Positions 1-10,068 are shown, counted from the stretch's first letter. The stretch is DNA of 64,000 nt from an uncultured Gemmatimonadales bacterium (GCA_963783305.1 CAWAMW010000015.1:96001-160000), one strand, 5' to 3'. Notes: generated from the letters alone by a model not told the origin. Made by a program: numbers and translations.

Positions 1-1549
1 ACTCGGTCATGATCGGGACCTGGTCCGGGTCGCGCATGTACCCGACGATCTCGGGCGCCGGCCCGCGCCGGCTCGGGAACGTGCAGTCCGCGGTCTGCGT
101 CCACTGCTCCCCGCAGTAGGTGCCCGCGTAGTCCTGCTCGCCGTAGTACTGCAGGAAGGTGTTCAGCCCCTCATCCATCCAGGTCCACTTCCGCTCATCA
201 CTGGCGACGATCATGGGGAACCAGTTGTGCCCCACCTCGTGGACCGTGACGGCGATCAGGCCCTGCTCGGTGCGATCGGAGTAGCTGCCATCGGGCTGGG
301 GGCGCGCACCGCAGAAGGCGATCATGGGGTACTCCATGCCGCCGGCGGGCCCGTTGACGTTCACGACCTTCGGGTACGGGTACTCGAACGCCATCCGGCC
401 GTACGTCTTGAGGGTCTGGAGGGTCGCCCGGGTCGAGACCTTGTCCCAGAGCGGCATGGCCTCCCGCGGGTAGAGCGAGTGCACCTGGATGACCCGCGGG
501 TCCCCGGGGTAGCGGAACCCGGCGGCGTCCCAGACGAAGGTCCGGGAGCTCACCCAGGCGAAGTCGCGGACGTTCTCCGCCCGGAAGTGCCAGGTCAGCG
601 TACCGCTCCGGGACGGGCGGCTGGCGGGGTCGTCGACCTCGCTGGCGGTCCGGATGAAGACCGGCTCCTCACTGGTGTACGCCCGCTCGAGTCGCGCCCG
701 CTGTTCCCCGGTCAGCACCTCGCCGGGGTTCTGGAGCACGCCGGTGGCATCGACCATGTGGTCCCACGGGACGGTCAGCTTCACGTCGTAGTCGCCGAAG
801 TTCAGGTAGAACTCGCCGCGACCGAGGAACTGCTCCGTCTGCCAGCCGTTCACGTCGTCGTAGACGCTCATGCGCGGGAACCACTGCGCCATCTCGTAGA
901 GCCAGCCGCCGTCCATGAGCTCCTTGCCGCCGCGGCCGCGGTCAGGCACCGGATACGACCAGTCGATCTCGAGCGCCACGCTGGAGCCCGCCTCCAGCGG
1001 CTGCGGCAGGTCCACCCGCATGATGGTGGCATTGATCCGGTGACGCGCGTCCACCAGTCGGCCATCACGGACGACCTGGACCCGCCGGATCCGGTGCCCG
1101 CCGTCGAACGGTTCCACGCCCACGAACCGGCGGAAGGCCTCGCTCACCTGCTCGGGCAGCGCGCCCTGGGTCCGGTAGCTCCGGCTGTTCTCCGGCGACC
1201 GCACGTTCTGATCGAGCTGGAGCCAGAGGAATCCCAGACGGTCGGGCGAGTTGTTGTGGTAGGTGATCCGCTCCGTCCCGGTGAGGACATGCGTCACCGT
1301 ATCGAGCGACGCCTCGATGACGTAGTCGGCGCGCTGCTGCCAGTAGGCGTGCCCCGGCGCCCCCGCGGCGTTCCGGTACTCGTTCGGGTCCGGCCACTCG
1401 TCCATGGGCCGGAAGATCGACCGATTGGTCTCGGAGCCATCGTCGTGGAGCCAGTTCTGGGCCGCGGCGGGCGATGCGAGCGTGAGCAGCAGGAGCGCCA
1501 CGGCCATGGAGGCGGGGCGCAGCGGCGCGTGAGGACGTGCGTATGTCAT
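1..1549 (-). CDS. M1 family zinc metalloaminopeptidase, secreted (3' end outside window)
   Basis: Absent from the ORF track because it has no stop in the window. Manual translation gives signal peptide MTYARPHAPLRPASMAVALLLLTLASPAAAQ, GGMEYP exopeptidase motif and HEVGHNWF...MDEG (HExxH-x18-E) zinc motif. Confidence 0.9.
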   Translation of the reverse strand, partial: MTYARPHAPLRPASMAVALLLLTLASPAAAQNWLHDDGSETNRSIFRPMDEWPDPNEYRNAAGAPGHAYWQQRADYVIEASLDTVTHVLTGTERITYHNNSPDRLGFLWLQLDQNVRSPENSRSYRTQGALPEQVSEAFRRFVGVEPFDGGHRIRRVQVVRDGRLVDARHRINATIMRVDLPQPLEAGSSVALEIDWSYPVPDRGRGGKELMDGGWLYEMAQWFPRMSVYDDVNGWQTEQFLGRGEFYLNFGDYDVKLTVPWDHMVDATGVLQNPGEVLTGEQRARLERAYTSEEPVFIRTASEVDDPASRPSRSGTLTWHFRAENVRDFAWVSSRTFVWDAAGFRYPGDPRVIQVHSLYPREAMPLWDKVSTRATLQTLKTYGRMAFEYPYPKVVNVNGPAGGMEYPMIAFCGARPQPDGSYSDRTEQGLIAVTVHEVGHNWFPMIVASDERKWTWMDEGLNTFLQYYGEQDYAGTYCGEQWTQTADCTFPSRRGPAPEIVGYMRDPDQVPIMTE

Positions 1550-1713
1550 TGGATCTGTCCGAGGTGCTGCGGGCGGGGCCAGTCGCCGAGGTTAACTATA
1601 GCAGGGGACGCGTGAATCGGCGAAAGCGTTGCGCGTCAGCGTGGGTGGCGGCACGAGCGCTGCGGACCGCGCAGGGGCTCGACGCGCGGCCGGTGGCCTC
1701 GTACCATTCCGCC

Positions 1714-2349
1714 ATGGATGAATCGACGCTGGACATCGATGCGCTGGAAGGGCTCGCGAACGTCGAGCTGGCGCGGGCGCTGGAGGCCACCCTCCAGGCG
1801 CTGGAAAAAGACACGGAGATCCTGCTCTTCATGGGCGCCGGGTGCGCGGTCTGTCCGCACCAACTGCGGTCGCTGGCGACGGTCGCCCTGGCGAGCCCGC
1901 GGGTCGTGCTGGACGTGGTGGACGCGGCCAGCGAGCCGGAGCTCGCGGCCCACTACGAGGTGCGGAGCGTGCCCACCACCGTGGTGGACGACGAGCTGAT
2001 CATGGTGGGCGTCGTTCCGCCGGACGAGATGGCGCTCCGGCTGGTCGAGCGGCAGGGGCCCGAGCCGGCGAAACGGGTGTTCGCGGCCCTGGTCGCCTCA
2101 GACCGCGTGGCGGACGCCGCCGAGCGGCTGGCGGACGGACGCGGGGCGGAGGCGTTCCTGGAGATGTGGGCGGCGGCCGACGGCGCGGAACGGATCCGGC
2201 TGATGCAGGTCGCGGAGGATTCGCTCCTGTACGATCCGCAGGGGATGGATCCCCTCATGCCACGCCTCCGGCAGGGATTGGAGAGTGCGGATGAGGATCG
2301 GCGCGCCGACACGGCGGAGCTGCTGGAACGGATCGAGGCCGGGGAGTAA
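1714..2349 (+). CDS. Thioredoxin-fold protein (AhpF N-terminal/glutaredoxin-like) with helical C-terminus
   Basis: CAVC redox motif, YEVRSVPTTVVD cis-Pro motif; start re-assigned to ATG 1714 within ORF 1537..2349. Confidence 0.75.
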   Translation: MDESTLDIDALEGLANVELARALEATLQALEKDTEILLFMGAGCAVCPHQLRSLATVALASPRVVLDVVDAASEPELAAHYEVRSVPTTVVDDELIMVGVVPPDEMALRLVERQGPEPAKRVFAALVASDRVADAAERLADGRGAEAFLEMWAAADGAERIRLMQVAEDSLLYDPQGMDPLMPRLRQGLESADEDRRADTAELLERIEAGE

Positions 2350-2391
2350 CGGGCTGTAGATCGCACGAAGACCCCCCACCGTCACCGCAGA

Positions 2392-2781
2392 TCAGGCGAG
2401 CCGGTGGCCGCCGCCGTGCGCGTGCTCGTGACCCGCGCAGGCCGACGCCGGATCCAGCCGCGGCAGAGATCCGGCGCGGTATGCCTCCAGCGCTCCCGCC
2501 ACCGTCCACTCCTCCGTCACCAGAACCTGCATTCCCTGCCCTTCCAGGTTCATCAACGCCCGCCGACCCAGCCCGCGGCACACCACCACTCCGATCCCTT
2601 TTCCTTCCAGGCTCCGCGTCGGAGCGCACTGCCCGTGCTCGTGGCGCGCGTGCTCGTTCTCGATCGCACTCGTCGCCCCCGTCTCGCTATCCACCACCGT
2701 GAACCACGGGGCGCTCCCGAAGTGCGGCGACAGCCGCGCGCTCAACCCAGCCTCACTCACCGTCGGAATGCACAGCCTCAT
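2392..2781 (-). CDS. NifB/NifX-family (dinitrogenase FeMo-cofactor binding-like) protein
   Basis: SPHFGSAPWFTVVD, HEHGQC, VVVCRGLGRRA, His-rich tail. Confidence 0.85.
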   Translation of the reverse strand: MRLCIPTVSEAGLSARLSPHFGSAPWFTVVDSETGATSAIENEHARHEHGQCAPTRSLEGKGIGVVVCRGLGRRALMNLEGQGMQVLVTEEWTVAGALEAYRAGSLPRLDPASACAGHEHAHGGGHRLA

Positions 2782-3064
2782 GACCTGCTCCTCTCTCTAT
2801 GATCAGCGCCTTCGATTCCACCAGCGACCGGATCACCTTCGCCCGACCCGATACCAGCAGCCGCTGCACCGTCCCGCGCGACACCCCCATGCGCTCCCCC
2901 GCACCCTCCTGGTCGTGCCCCTCCAGATCGCACAGGCGCATGGCCTCCAGCTCATCCAGCCCCATGACCACGCGCTCCAGCTCCGACATGGGGATGCTGC
3001 GGGGCTTGAAGACCGCGTCGCCGTCGAACGCCCGGCAGGTGCGTCGCTTGTGAGGTCGGGGCAT
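2753..3064 (-). CDS. DUF134 family HTH protein
   Basis: MPRPHKRR...FKP...DELEAMRLCDLEGHDQEGAGERMGVSRGT signature; start at ATG 3064. Confidence 0.9.
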   Translation of the reverse strand: MPRPHKRRTCRAFDGDAVFKPRSIPMSELERVVMGLDELEAMRLCDLEGHDQEGAGERMGVSRGTVQRLLVSGRAKVIRSLVESKALIIERGAGHEAVHSDGE

Positions 3065-3076
3065 GGCTCTCCGTTT

Positions 3077-3090
3077 TGTGCATATGCACA
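3077..3090. promoter_or_regulatory. Perfect 14-bp palindrome TGTGCATATGCACA, probable DUF134 operator
   Basis: AT-rich perfect palindrome 12 bp upstream of the DUF134 start. Confidence 0.6.
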
Positions 3091-3136
3091 TTACCCGCTC
3101 GCGTGCCACACCGCAAGGCCGCGCTGCACGCACACG

Positions 3137-3170
3137 AAAACGCCGGGGCGGTCCCTCGACCGCCCCGGCG
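3137..3170 (-). terminator. Intrinsic terminator of the DUF305/LVIVD operon
   Basis: 13-bp stem CGCCGGGGCGGTC/GACCGCCCCGGCG followed by TTTT on the minus strand, just after stop at 3195. Confidence 0.7.
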
Positions 3171-3194
3171 TCTTCGACTCTCCGCATGCAGCGG

Positions 3195-5198
3195 CTACGA
3201 CGTGGAGTCCGCCAGCTCCAGGACGGTCCCGGCGAGCATCCGGATCTTGTCCGTATCGCCGGCACCCGCGGTCTGGTTCTGCAGCCGGACGGCCAGGCCC
3301 CGCAGGGTGTTCCGGCGCTGGGCCCCGGAGGCGCCCTCGGCGTTGGCGAGGGCCTGACGCGCCTCCTGGATGAGGGCGGCGTCCATCCCCGCGCCTCTCT
3401 GGAGCTGGTCGAGGTAGGCTCGTGCCAGCGCGAAGGAGGCGGGCCAGACGAACTGTGGCTGAGTTTGCGCGTTCAGGTAGTCGAGCTTGGCGGTGTTGGC
3501 GGCGTCGATCTCGTTCTGGGTGACGAGTCCGTTCGGGGTGAGCTCGAGGATGTCGAGCCCGCGTGCGATTTCGGAGCTGACGATCGCGCCGTTGTACCAG
3601 TACACCGACCAGGGTCCGGCACTGGTGAACCGATTCGGATCGAGCGGCCCGCGGTCGAAGAAAGCGATCTCGACGGGGTTGGCGGGATCGGTCCAGTCGA
3701 AGACGGAGATGCCGCCCTGGTACCAGGCCTGGACCATGACATTGCGGCCCGGAATGGGGATGAGAGAGCCGTTGTGGGCGACGCAGTTCTCGAGCTCCGT
3801 CTGGGCCGCCGGGAGCTTGTAGTAGCTCTGGAAGACCATCTCGCCATCCTCGATGGTGAAGATCGCGTTGGCGCCCCATTCGGCGGGGTCCGCGGCGCGG
3901 CACTTCGCGGCGCCGCCCCCGCCCCATTCGTCGGTGAACAGGACCTTGCTGCCGTCATTGCTGAACGTGGCCGAGTGCCAGTACGCGAAGTTGGAGTCGG
4001 CTACGGCGTCGATCCGGACCGGGGCGGTGGGGTTGCTGATGTCCAGCAGCATGCCGTACCCCTCGCACGCGCCACCCGCCAGGCCAATGGCCGGATACAC
4101 CGTAATGTCGTGGCACTGGGTGGGGCCCGTCCGCTCGCGCTCGCCCGAGCCGAACATGGCGGTCATCATCGCCGGAAGCGCTTCCCGGAGGGCGGCGCTG
4201 TCCGCGGCCGTGGGCGTCTCGACGCCTCGCTCGGCGGCGATGCTGTCGATCACGGGGTCCACGAAGCGGGACGGCAGCACCCGCTCGGTTCCGCGGATCT
4301 CCGCGGTGAACGCCCCGGTCCGCTTGGCCTCGGCCAGATCCGCCTCACGGGCGGCGATGTCCGCGGGCGTGTCGCCGTGGCGTGGCGGCGCGTCGAGGTC
4401 CTCGAAGATGCGCGGCGAGGAGACGATGGCCGCGGCCGCCGGGTTCGCCAGCGGTACCTTGATCACCTCGATACGGAACAGGGCCGTGTTCGGGTTCTCA
4501 TCCGTGAGCCCCGACTCGCACCCCGCCAGCTCCTCCTCGGGCCGGATTCCGGCCGATCCGGAGATGTAGACGTACACATTCTCGGGGTCATCGGGGTCCA
4601 CCAGCAGCGAGTGGGTGTGCGAGCCCCGGCAGGTCTGGACGTTGCCGACGTTGACCGGATTGTCGAGGTCGCTGATGTCGAAGATCCGCAGACCCCGCAG
4701 CCGCTCCTCGCTCACCGGATCGGGGACGCCCCCGCCGCCGCAGTCGATCCGGCCGCTGAGCCCTTCACCGGAGACGAACAGCAGGTCGCCGTACACCGAG
4801 ACATCACTCTGCGACGCGGGGCAGAAGTATCCCTGACGCAGGATGGGGTGATCCGGGCGCGAGATATCCCATACCTGGAACCCGTTGTAGTTCCCCTGGA
4901 TGGCGTAATTGCCCGTGAAGGCGAGGTCCGAGTTCGTCACGCCGGCGAACGGCTCCTGTGCCGGTGTGGCCGACACCAGCCGCATGTTCCAGATGGCCTC
5001 ACCGGCGTCCGTGACGCCCGCGCGGAGGCCCACCCGAGGATCCGGATTCGGCGCGGCGGCGGCCGTGATGGGCGTGAGCGTGATGCCGGGCTGTGGCGCG
5101 GGCGCCGGCGCTGCCATCGGACCGGAGGCGCAGGCCGAGACCGAGGCCACGCCGAGGGCGAGGGCAGCGCTACGCAGCGCTGTCGTGATGTGGTTCAT
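3195..5198 (-). CDS. LVIVD-repeat beta-propeller lipoprotein
   Basis: Lipobox-like VSAC; SDLAF, QSDVSV, QTCRGSHTH, CHDITV, YWHSATF, NCVAHNG, WYQGG motifs; start MNHITT with AGAGG RBS. Confidence 0.85.
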   Translation of the reverse strand: MNHITTALRSAALALGVASVSACASGPMAAPAPAPQPGITLTPITAAAAPNPDPRVGLRAGVTDAGEAIWNMRLVSATPAQEPFAGVTNSDLAFTGNYAIQGNYNGFQVWDISRPDHPILRQGYFCPASQSDVSVYGDLLFVSGEGLSGRIDCGGGGVPDPVSEERLRGLRIFDISDLDNPVNVGNVQTCRGSHTHSLLVDPDDPENVYVYISGSAGIRPEEELAGCESGLTDENPNTALFRIEVIKVPLANPAAAAIVSSPRIFEDLDAPPRHGDTPADIAAREADLAEAKRTGAFTAEIRGTERVLPSRFVDPVIDSIAAERGVETPTAADSAALREALPAMMTAMFGSGERERTGPTQCHDITVYPAIGLAGGACEGYGMLLDISNPTAPVRIDAVADSNFAYWHSATFSNDGSKVLFTDEWGGGGAAKCRAADPAEWGANAIFTIEDGEMVFQSYYKLPAAQTELENCVAHNGSLIPIPGRNVMVQAWYQGGISVFDWTDPANPVEIAFFDRGPLDPNRFTSAGPWSVYWYNGAIVSSEIARGLDILELTPNGLVTQNEIDAANTAKLDYLNAQTQPQFVWPASFALARAYLDQLQRGAGMDAALIQEARQALANAEGASGAQRRNTLRGLAVRLQNQTAGAGDTDKIRMLAGTVLELADSTS

Positions 5199-5245
5199 TG
5201 GGGCTTCCTCTTTGGAGTTGGAGACAACGGTGCTACGGGGCTGTG

Positions 5246-5941
5246 TCAGGATGTGTTCCCTGGTTCGAATACGAGATCCCGGAGCATGCGCTGCATCCGG
5301 TCGATCTCGCTGTTCTGGTCTGCCGCGATATCGGACGCGAGCTTGTATATGGAATCGCTCTGGCCGGACCCGGGGGTGCCGAACAGCTCCTCCACCATGA
5401 CCAGCGCCCCCTTGTGGTGCTGGATCATGTAGGTGAGGAAGAGCCGGTCCCACTGGGGGCCGCGGGCCGCGTCCAGGCGCTCGAGCTGGGGGGGTGTCAG
5501 CATGCCCGGCATGCGGCTCGCCCCGTGCGCGCCGTTCCCGTGGCCCATATCTCTCCCGGCCATGGGCATCCGACCCGACTCGAGGACCTCCGGCGCCGGC
5601 TGTCCGTGATCGCGGAGCCAGCGCTGCATGAGCTGGATCTCGTCCCGCTGGCTGTTGAGGATCCGGCTGGTGAGCGTCAGGAGCTGCGGACTTGCGTCGT
5701 GTGTGGGCGCCATGTGCGCCATGACCAGCGCCTGCGCGTGGTGGTGGATCATGCCGCGCATGAACTCGACGTCGGCCTCGGTGAAGGAGCGCCGCACACT
5801 GTCCGCGCGCGCCGCCGCGTCGAGTACTTCGGGGGACGGCTGCGGCGCGCTTGCAGCCGCACTGGGCCCGCCCGCCGTGCCGCACGCGGCGACGAGCGTC
5901 AGCAGACCGCCGACCACGAGGGTGGTGGTGAGATTCCGCAT
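5246..5941 (-). CDS. DUF305 (ferritin-like, CopM-like) lipoprotein
   Basis: Lipobox VAAC; two repeats FMRGMIHHHAQA / FLTYMIQHHKGA; MPGMLT. Confidence 0.9.
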   Translation of the reverse strand: MRNLTTTLVVGGLLTLVAACGTAGGPSAAASAPQPSPEVLDAAARADSVRRSFTEADVEFMRGMIHHHAQALVMAHMAPTHDASPQLLTLTSRILNSQRDEIQLMQRWLRDHGQPAPEVLESGRMPMAGRDMGHGNGAHGASRMPGMLTPPQLERLDAARGPQWDRLFLTYMIQHHKGALVMVEELFGTPGSGQSDSIYKLASDIAADQNSEIDRMQRMLRDLVFEPGNTS

Positions 5942-6069
5942 TCGTATGGGGTTCCGGGGATCGAGGGTTGGAAACCTACGATGCAATGAACCGGCCGCGC
6001 CACCCGCGGGGCTGGTGCTCGTGCGGATCCTCAGCGTAAGCGTCTCTCGCGCCGTGCGGGCGCGATGCG

Positions 6070-6103
6070 GTGAGGCCGGCCTGACGAATCAGACCGGCCT
6101 CAC
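6070..6103 (-). terminator. Hairpin downstream of MCP gene, possible terminator
   Basis: GTGAGGCCGG...CCGGCCTCAC inverted repeat; no clear U-tract. Confidence 0.4.
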
Positions 6104-6143
6104 CCCTCCACCTCCCCGAGCCGCCGACGGCCCCCTGGACGGA

Positions 6144-8252
6144 CTAGAACCGCCGCAGCACCTCGTCCTCCTCGAACGGGATCAACGCGGCCGGCTCCGA
6201 CGCACCGTGGCCGTTACCCACCGGCCGCACCGACACTTTTGCGCCCCGCTTCCCACCGTTCCCACCGTTCCCACCGTTCCCACCGTTGCCACCGTTCGGC
6301 CGGTGTCGCGCGACGGGTTCACCGCTCGCCAGCCGGAATTGCCCGACGAGGCCCGTCATCCGCTGCGCCTGCCCGCTCAGCTCCTCCGCGGCGCTGGCGC
6401 TCTCTTCCGCGCTGGCCGCCGACCGCTGGGTCACGGCGTTCATCTCCTCGACCGCGTTGTTGATCTGACCGACGCCTTCGGTCTGCTGCTCGCTCGCGGC
6501 GGCGATCTCGGCCATGACTTCCGTCACCCGCGCCACGCCCTTCTGGATCTCGTCCAGCTGCGAAACGACCTCGGCCTGGACCACCACGCCCTCCTCGGAG
6601 CGCTCCACGCTCTGCTCGATGAGCCGCGACGTCTCCTTGGCCGCCTCGGCCGACCGCATGGCCAGGTTCCGGACCTCTTCCGCCACCACCGCGAACCCCT
6701 TCCCCGCCTCACCCGCTCGCGCCGCTTCCACCGCAGCGTTCAGCGCCAGCAGGTTGGTCTGGAACGCGATCTCGTCGATGGTCTTCACGATCCGCGCTGT
6801 GGCGTCGCTCGACTCCTTGATCCGGTTCACCGTGAGCGACAGGCGCTGCATTGCCTCGGCACCCTTCTCCGTGCTGTTCGACGCCGCCTGTGAGAGGCCC
6901 CGCGCCTCGTTGGCGTTGCCGGAGTTCTGGGTGGCCATGGACGCCAACTCCTGCAGCGAGCTCGAGATCTCCTCCAGGCTCGACGCCTGCTCGCTCGCGC
7001 CCTCCGCCAGGTTCTGGCTGCCGCCTGCGATCTCGTCCGACGCGCTCGAGACCTGCTCGCTCGCGGCGGACACCTCGCCCAGCGCCTCCTGGAGGTTGTC
7101 CACGGCCTGGTTCAGCGAACGCTTGATCTTGAGGTAATCACCACGATAGTCGCCCTTCATCCGGGCGGTCAGGTCGCGCTCCGCCAGCGCCTCCAGCGTG
7201 CTCGACGCCTCATCGAGCGGCGTGACCACGGCCTCCAGCAGACCGTTCAGCCCCGCCACCATTTCGCCGTACGCCCCCTCGATACCCGTCCCGTCCGCGC
7301 GCTTCGACAGGTCGCCGTTGCCCGCCGCCTTCACCAGCTCCCGCGCCTCGCCCACCACGCGCTTCAGCACCTGCTGCGCTTCCTCGAACCGACGCGCTGT
7401 GCCCCCCGTGCTCTCGATGATGCCGTCCACCGCCCGCGCCAGCGAGCCGATCTCCTCCGTCAGGTCGAGCTCCAGCGGCTCCGTGCCATAATCGACCCGG
7501 TTCTCCAGGTCGCCCCGCACGATGGCCGCGGCGCCCGCGCCCAGGTTCGTAATGTCCCGCTGCTGGAGCGCCTGCACCCGCTCCACCACGAGCTGGATCC
7601 GCCGGGTCACCCACCCCGAGATGAACAGTGCGATCCCGGCGGCGATCAGTATGCCCAGGACCAGGATCCCGATCATGATGGCGCGGATCCGAAGATAGAG
7701 CGCGGTGTTAGCCTCGGCCATCTGCTTCGCGCCCTCCAGCCGCGCTTCCGCAATGGCGTCTAGCGCCGCCGAGTACACGTCACCAGTACGACCTGCCTCG
7801 CCGAGCATCAGCGCGATCGCCTCCTCCCGGCGCTCCTGGCGCACCAGGTCCGCCACTTCGCGGGCGGGGGCGAGGTACGCCTGGCGCGCCTCCAGCAGGT
7901 CGCCGAACAGCGCCCGATCCCTATCCGTGCTGAGGGTCGCCTCGTACTGGTCCTGGAACGCGGAGGCCCGCTCGGAGAGCGCTGTCAGCTCCTGGGAGTA
8001 GGCCGCCCGCTGAGCCGAATCCTCCGCGAGGGCGAGGTCGCGCAGCACCACGCGGTAGCCCTCCAACGTGACGTTCCACTCACCTACCAGGCCCAGTCGA
8101 ACGGTCTCGTCCTCGTAGAGCGCGGTGTCCGCCGAGCCCAGCGTCCGCAGGCTCCAGATCGTCAACGTCCCCGTGAGGACCAGGAGGCCCGTGACCAGAC
8201 CGAAGCCCGAGAGGAGCTTGGCCCGCAATGACAGATTGTCGAACGACTTCAT
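6144..8252 (-). CDS. Methyl-accepting chemotaxis protein (four-helix sensor, HAMP, MCP signalling domain)
   Basis: Two TM helices around a periplasmic domain; [37 protein letters not shown] hairpin tip. Confidence 0.95.
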   Translation of the reverse strand: MKSFDNLSLRAKLLSGFGLVTGLLVLTGTLTIWSLRTLGSADTALYEDETVRLGLVGEWNVTLEGYRVVLRDLALAEDSAQRAAYSQELTALSERASAFQDQYEATLSTDRDRALFGDLLEARQAYLAPAREVADLVRQERREEAIALMLGEAGRTGDVYSAALDAIAEARLEGAKQMAEANTALYLRIRAIMIGILVLGILIAAGIALFISGWVTRRIQLVVERVQALQQRDITNLGAGAAAIVRGDLENRVDYGTEPLELDLTEEIGSLARAVDGIIESTGGTARRFEEAQQVLKRVVGEARELVKAAGNGDLSKRADGTGIEGAYGEMVAGLNGLLEAVVTPLDEASSTLEALAERDLTARMKGDYRGDYLKIKRSLNQAVDNLQEALGEVSAASEQVSSASDEIAGGSQNLAEGASEQASSLEEISSSLQELASMATQNSGNANEARGLSQAASNSTEKGAEAMQRLSLTVNRIKESSDATARIVKTIDEIAFQTNLLALNAAVEAARAGEAGKGFAVVAEEVRNLAMRSAEAAKETSRLIEQSVERSEEGVVVQAEVVSQLDEIQKGVARVTEVMAEIAAASEQQTEGVGQINNAVEEMNAVTQRSAASAEESASAAEELSGQAQRMTGLVGQFRLASGEPVARHRPNGGNGGNGGNGGNGGKRGAKVSVRPVGNGHGASEPAALIPFEEDEVLRRF
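6252..6296. repeat. 9-bp tandem repeat x5 (CCCACCGTT) encoding (NGG)5 in the MCP tail
   Basis: Four exact units and one variant read directly. Confidence 0.9.
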
Positions 8253-8322
8253 GATACTCGTCCCTCCCCGTTCCGATTCGTGCCCCGGAAGCTCCGGGAC
8301 TACGTGCTGGAGTTTCCAGAGA

Positions 8323-8349
8323 GGTTCGGCAGAGGGTCCCGAAGCTTTA
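8323..8349 (-). promoter_or_regulatory. Sigma-28 (FliA)-type promoter of the MCP gene
   Basis: Minus strand TAAA-N15-GCCGAACC, about 70 bp upstream of the MCP start. Confidence 0.7.
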
Positions 8350-8366
8350 ACGTGCGGGGAGCGTGG

Positions 8367-8912
8367 TCAGGGGAGCTGCGCCACGGGCGCCAGGCCGAGG
8401 GTCTGCAGCGCGACGACCACGACGACGAGGACCGCCACCGTGATCCCCACCCTCCCCCAGATCCGACGCCGCGACATCCCGGCGAGTCCTGCCCCGATCA
8501 CCGCGCCCGCGAGCCCCAGCTCCAGTCCCTGCCCCACCCACCAGCCCACCAGGAGGTCCACGGGCGCCGTGGTGATCGACCACAAGCCCAGCAGGAGAGC
8601 GCCCCAGGCCGTCAGTCCGGCCGCCAGCCCCATGCGGAAGCCAGGGAGCGCTCCCCGGATCCCCGTGCAATGGAGCAGCCAGTAGAGGCCGGCGGTCAGG
8701 AGAAGGAACGACAGGTAGCCCGCGGGGATTCGGCGGAAGGCGGTCGCGGGGTCGAGCAGGAAGGGGCTGTTTCGCGTGTAGAACTCCGCCAGCACGCCCG
8801 CGTGAAGGAACAGGTCCACACCCAGCGTCAAGACCCACGCGGCCAGGATCAGCGATCCATCCCTCCGCCGGCCACCCTCCCGCGTCGCCGGTGGAGAGCC
8901 GCGGTCCTCCAT
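8367..8912 (-). CDS. Hypothetical multi-pass membrane protein
   Basis: About 5 hydrophobic helices; start probably ATG 8912 (MEDRGSP) rather than 9128. Confidence 0.7.
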   Translation of the reverse strand: MEDRGSPPATREGGRRRDGSLILAAWVLTLGVDLFLHAGVLAEFYTRNSPFLLDPATAFRRIPAGYLSFLLLTAGLYWLLHCTGIRGALPGFRMGLAAGLTAWGALLLGLWSITTAPVDLLVGWWVGQGLELGLAGAVIGAGLAGMSRRRIWGRVGITVAVLVVVVVALQTLGLAPVAQLP

Positions 8913-8917
8913 CGCGC

Positions 8918-9128
8918 TCACCGGCGCGCTGGATCGGTCGGGATCCGACCGGTGGTGGAGCTGACCGTGAGGAGCAGCGCGACCAGCGTCGACAGAACGC
9001 TCGCCACCAGCGGGACCCAGCCAGCTCCCGCCGTGCCAGCGATCCAGAGGCTCGTCCAGCGCCAGCAGCACGAACACGGCACTTACCCACCGGGGCAGCC
9101 ACACCAGCGCCTCATCGTAGAGCTCCAC
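8918..9128 (-). pseudogene. Possible small membrane protein gene interrupted by a frameshift near 9055
   Basis: GTG start with AAGGGGG RBS gives VELYDEALVWLPRWVSAVFVLLAL; hydrophobic sequence continues in another frame (WTSLWIAGTAGAGWVPLVASVLSTLVALLLTVSS...RR*), stopping just before ATG 8912. Confidence 0.4.
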
Positions 9129-9337
9129 GATCCCCCTTTATTCCGGTATCACCAGCGAATAGTACGCCCAGTGATACCACCGCGAACAGGATCGAGCTTT
9201 AGCCGTAGACTCCGTCGGGCGAGCGTCGTGGGGTGGGCAGGTGCGACGCGGTCGCCGTGGGCTGACCGCTATCCGGCGAACGCCGGAGCGCCCTCATCAC
9301 CGCGCCCCGGCGTCTTCTCGCGGACCCTCGGGCCTCG

Positions 9338-9898
9338 TTACTTCGGCCTGGGCGAGGTCGGGATCATGACGTGGGCGTAGGGCGTGCCCTTCCACATGAC
9401 GAACGGGCCGCCGTTGTCGGGATCCGTGGGTATCCCCTCGAGCATGGCGGGGTCGGAGAACACCACCATGATGTGCGGCCCACCGGACTGGATCCACTGG
9501 TTGTCGGGGGTGGGCCCCGTGGCGAACGGGTCCGTGTTGCTGACCGGCATGTCGCCCTGGAGCATGTAGCTGAAGCCGGTCCCGGAGAACACCGGGTCGC
9601 GTCGGTTCATGAGCGCGTCCATGACCTCGCGCCAGTTGCTGTCGAGGCACATGGGGGCGTTCCCCGGCATGTCCTGCATGTCGGGCATGCAGACCCAGTC
9701 GCTGGTGCCCTCCCGGAGGATGGTCCCGTCGGCCAGCGCGACGGTGGCGTGCTCCGCCACTTCGGGGGGCGCCGCGCTGAGGGCGCTCTGGATCTGCTCA
9801 TCGGGCGTGCGTGTGTCCTGCGCCTGGGCCTCGGCCGGGGCGCGGCTCACGGCGAAAACCGCCACGAGCGCGAACGTGAGAAGGGTGGAGAGTCGCAT
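9338..9898 (-). CDS. Conserved secreted hypothetical protein
   Basis: Signal peptide MRLSTLLTFALVAVFAVSRAPAEAQA; W-x-C-MPD, PMCLD, SYMLQGD, GPHIM, MWKGTPYAHVMIP; AAGGAG RBS. Confidence 0.8.
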   Translation of the reverse strand: MRLSTLLTFALVAVFAVSRAPAEAQAQDTRTPDEQIQSALSAAPPEVAEHATVALADGTILREGTSDWVCMPDMQDMPGNAPMCLDSNWREVMDALMNRRDPVFSGTGFSYMLQGDMPVSNTDPFATGPTPDNQWIQSGGPHIMVVFSDPAMLEGIPTDPDNGGPFVMWKGTPYAHVMIPTSPRPK

Positions 9899-10068
9899 GG
9901 GGCTCCTTCGCATGGGGGGCTGGCCGGAGTCGTTCCGCCAGTGATCGGCAGGATCGGCCGCCGCCGTCCTCACCGGGATCCGATCCGGAATGCGTCTGGG
10001 GGGATGATTCCGGGGGAATGACCTAGGTACCCCCGGACGGCGGAGAAGTCAATCAGCGCGTACAGCGT

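Noticed and set aside
227..1615. 462-aa plus-strand ORF and similar long antisense ORFs (e.g. 3063..5432, 11463..13739, 35648..38401, 50394..53189)
   Set aside because: Shadow ORFs opposite well-supported genes, expected in high-GC DNA; no motifs.
2392..2781. Nitrogen fixation gene
   Set aside because: NifX-like proteins paired with DUF134 are common in non-diazotrophs, and there are no nif structural genes here.
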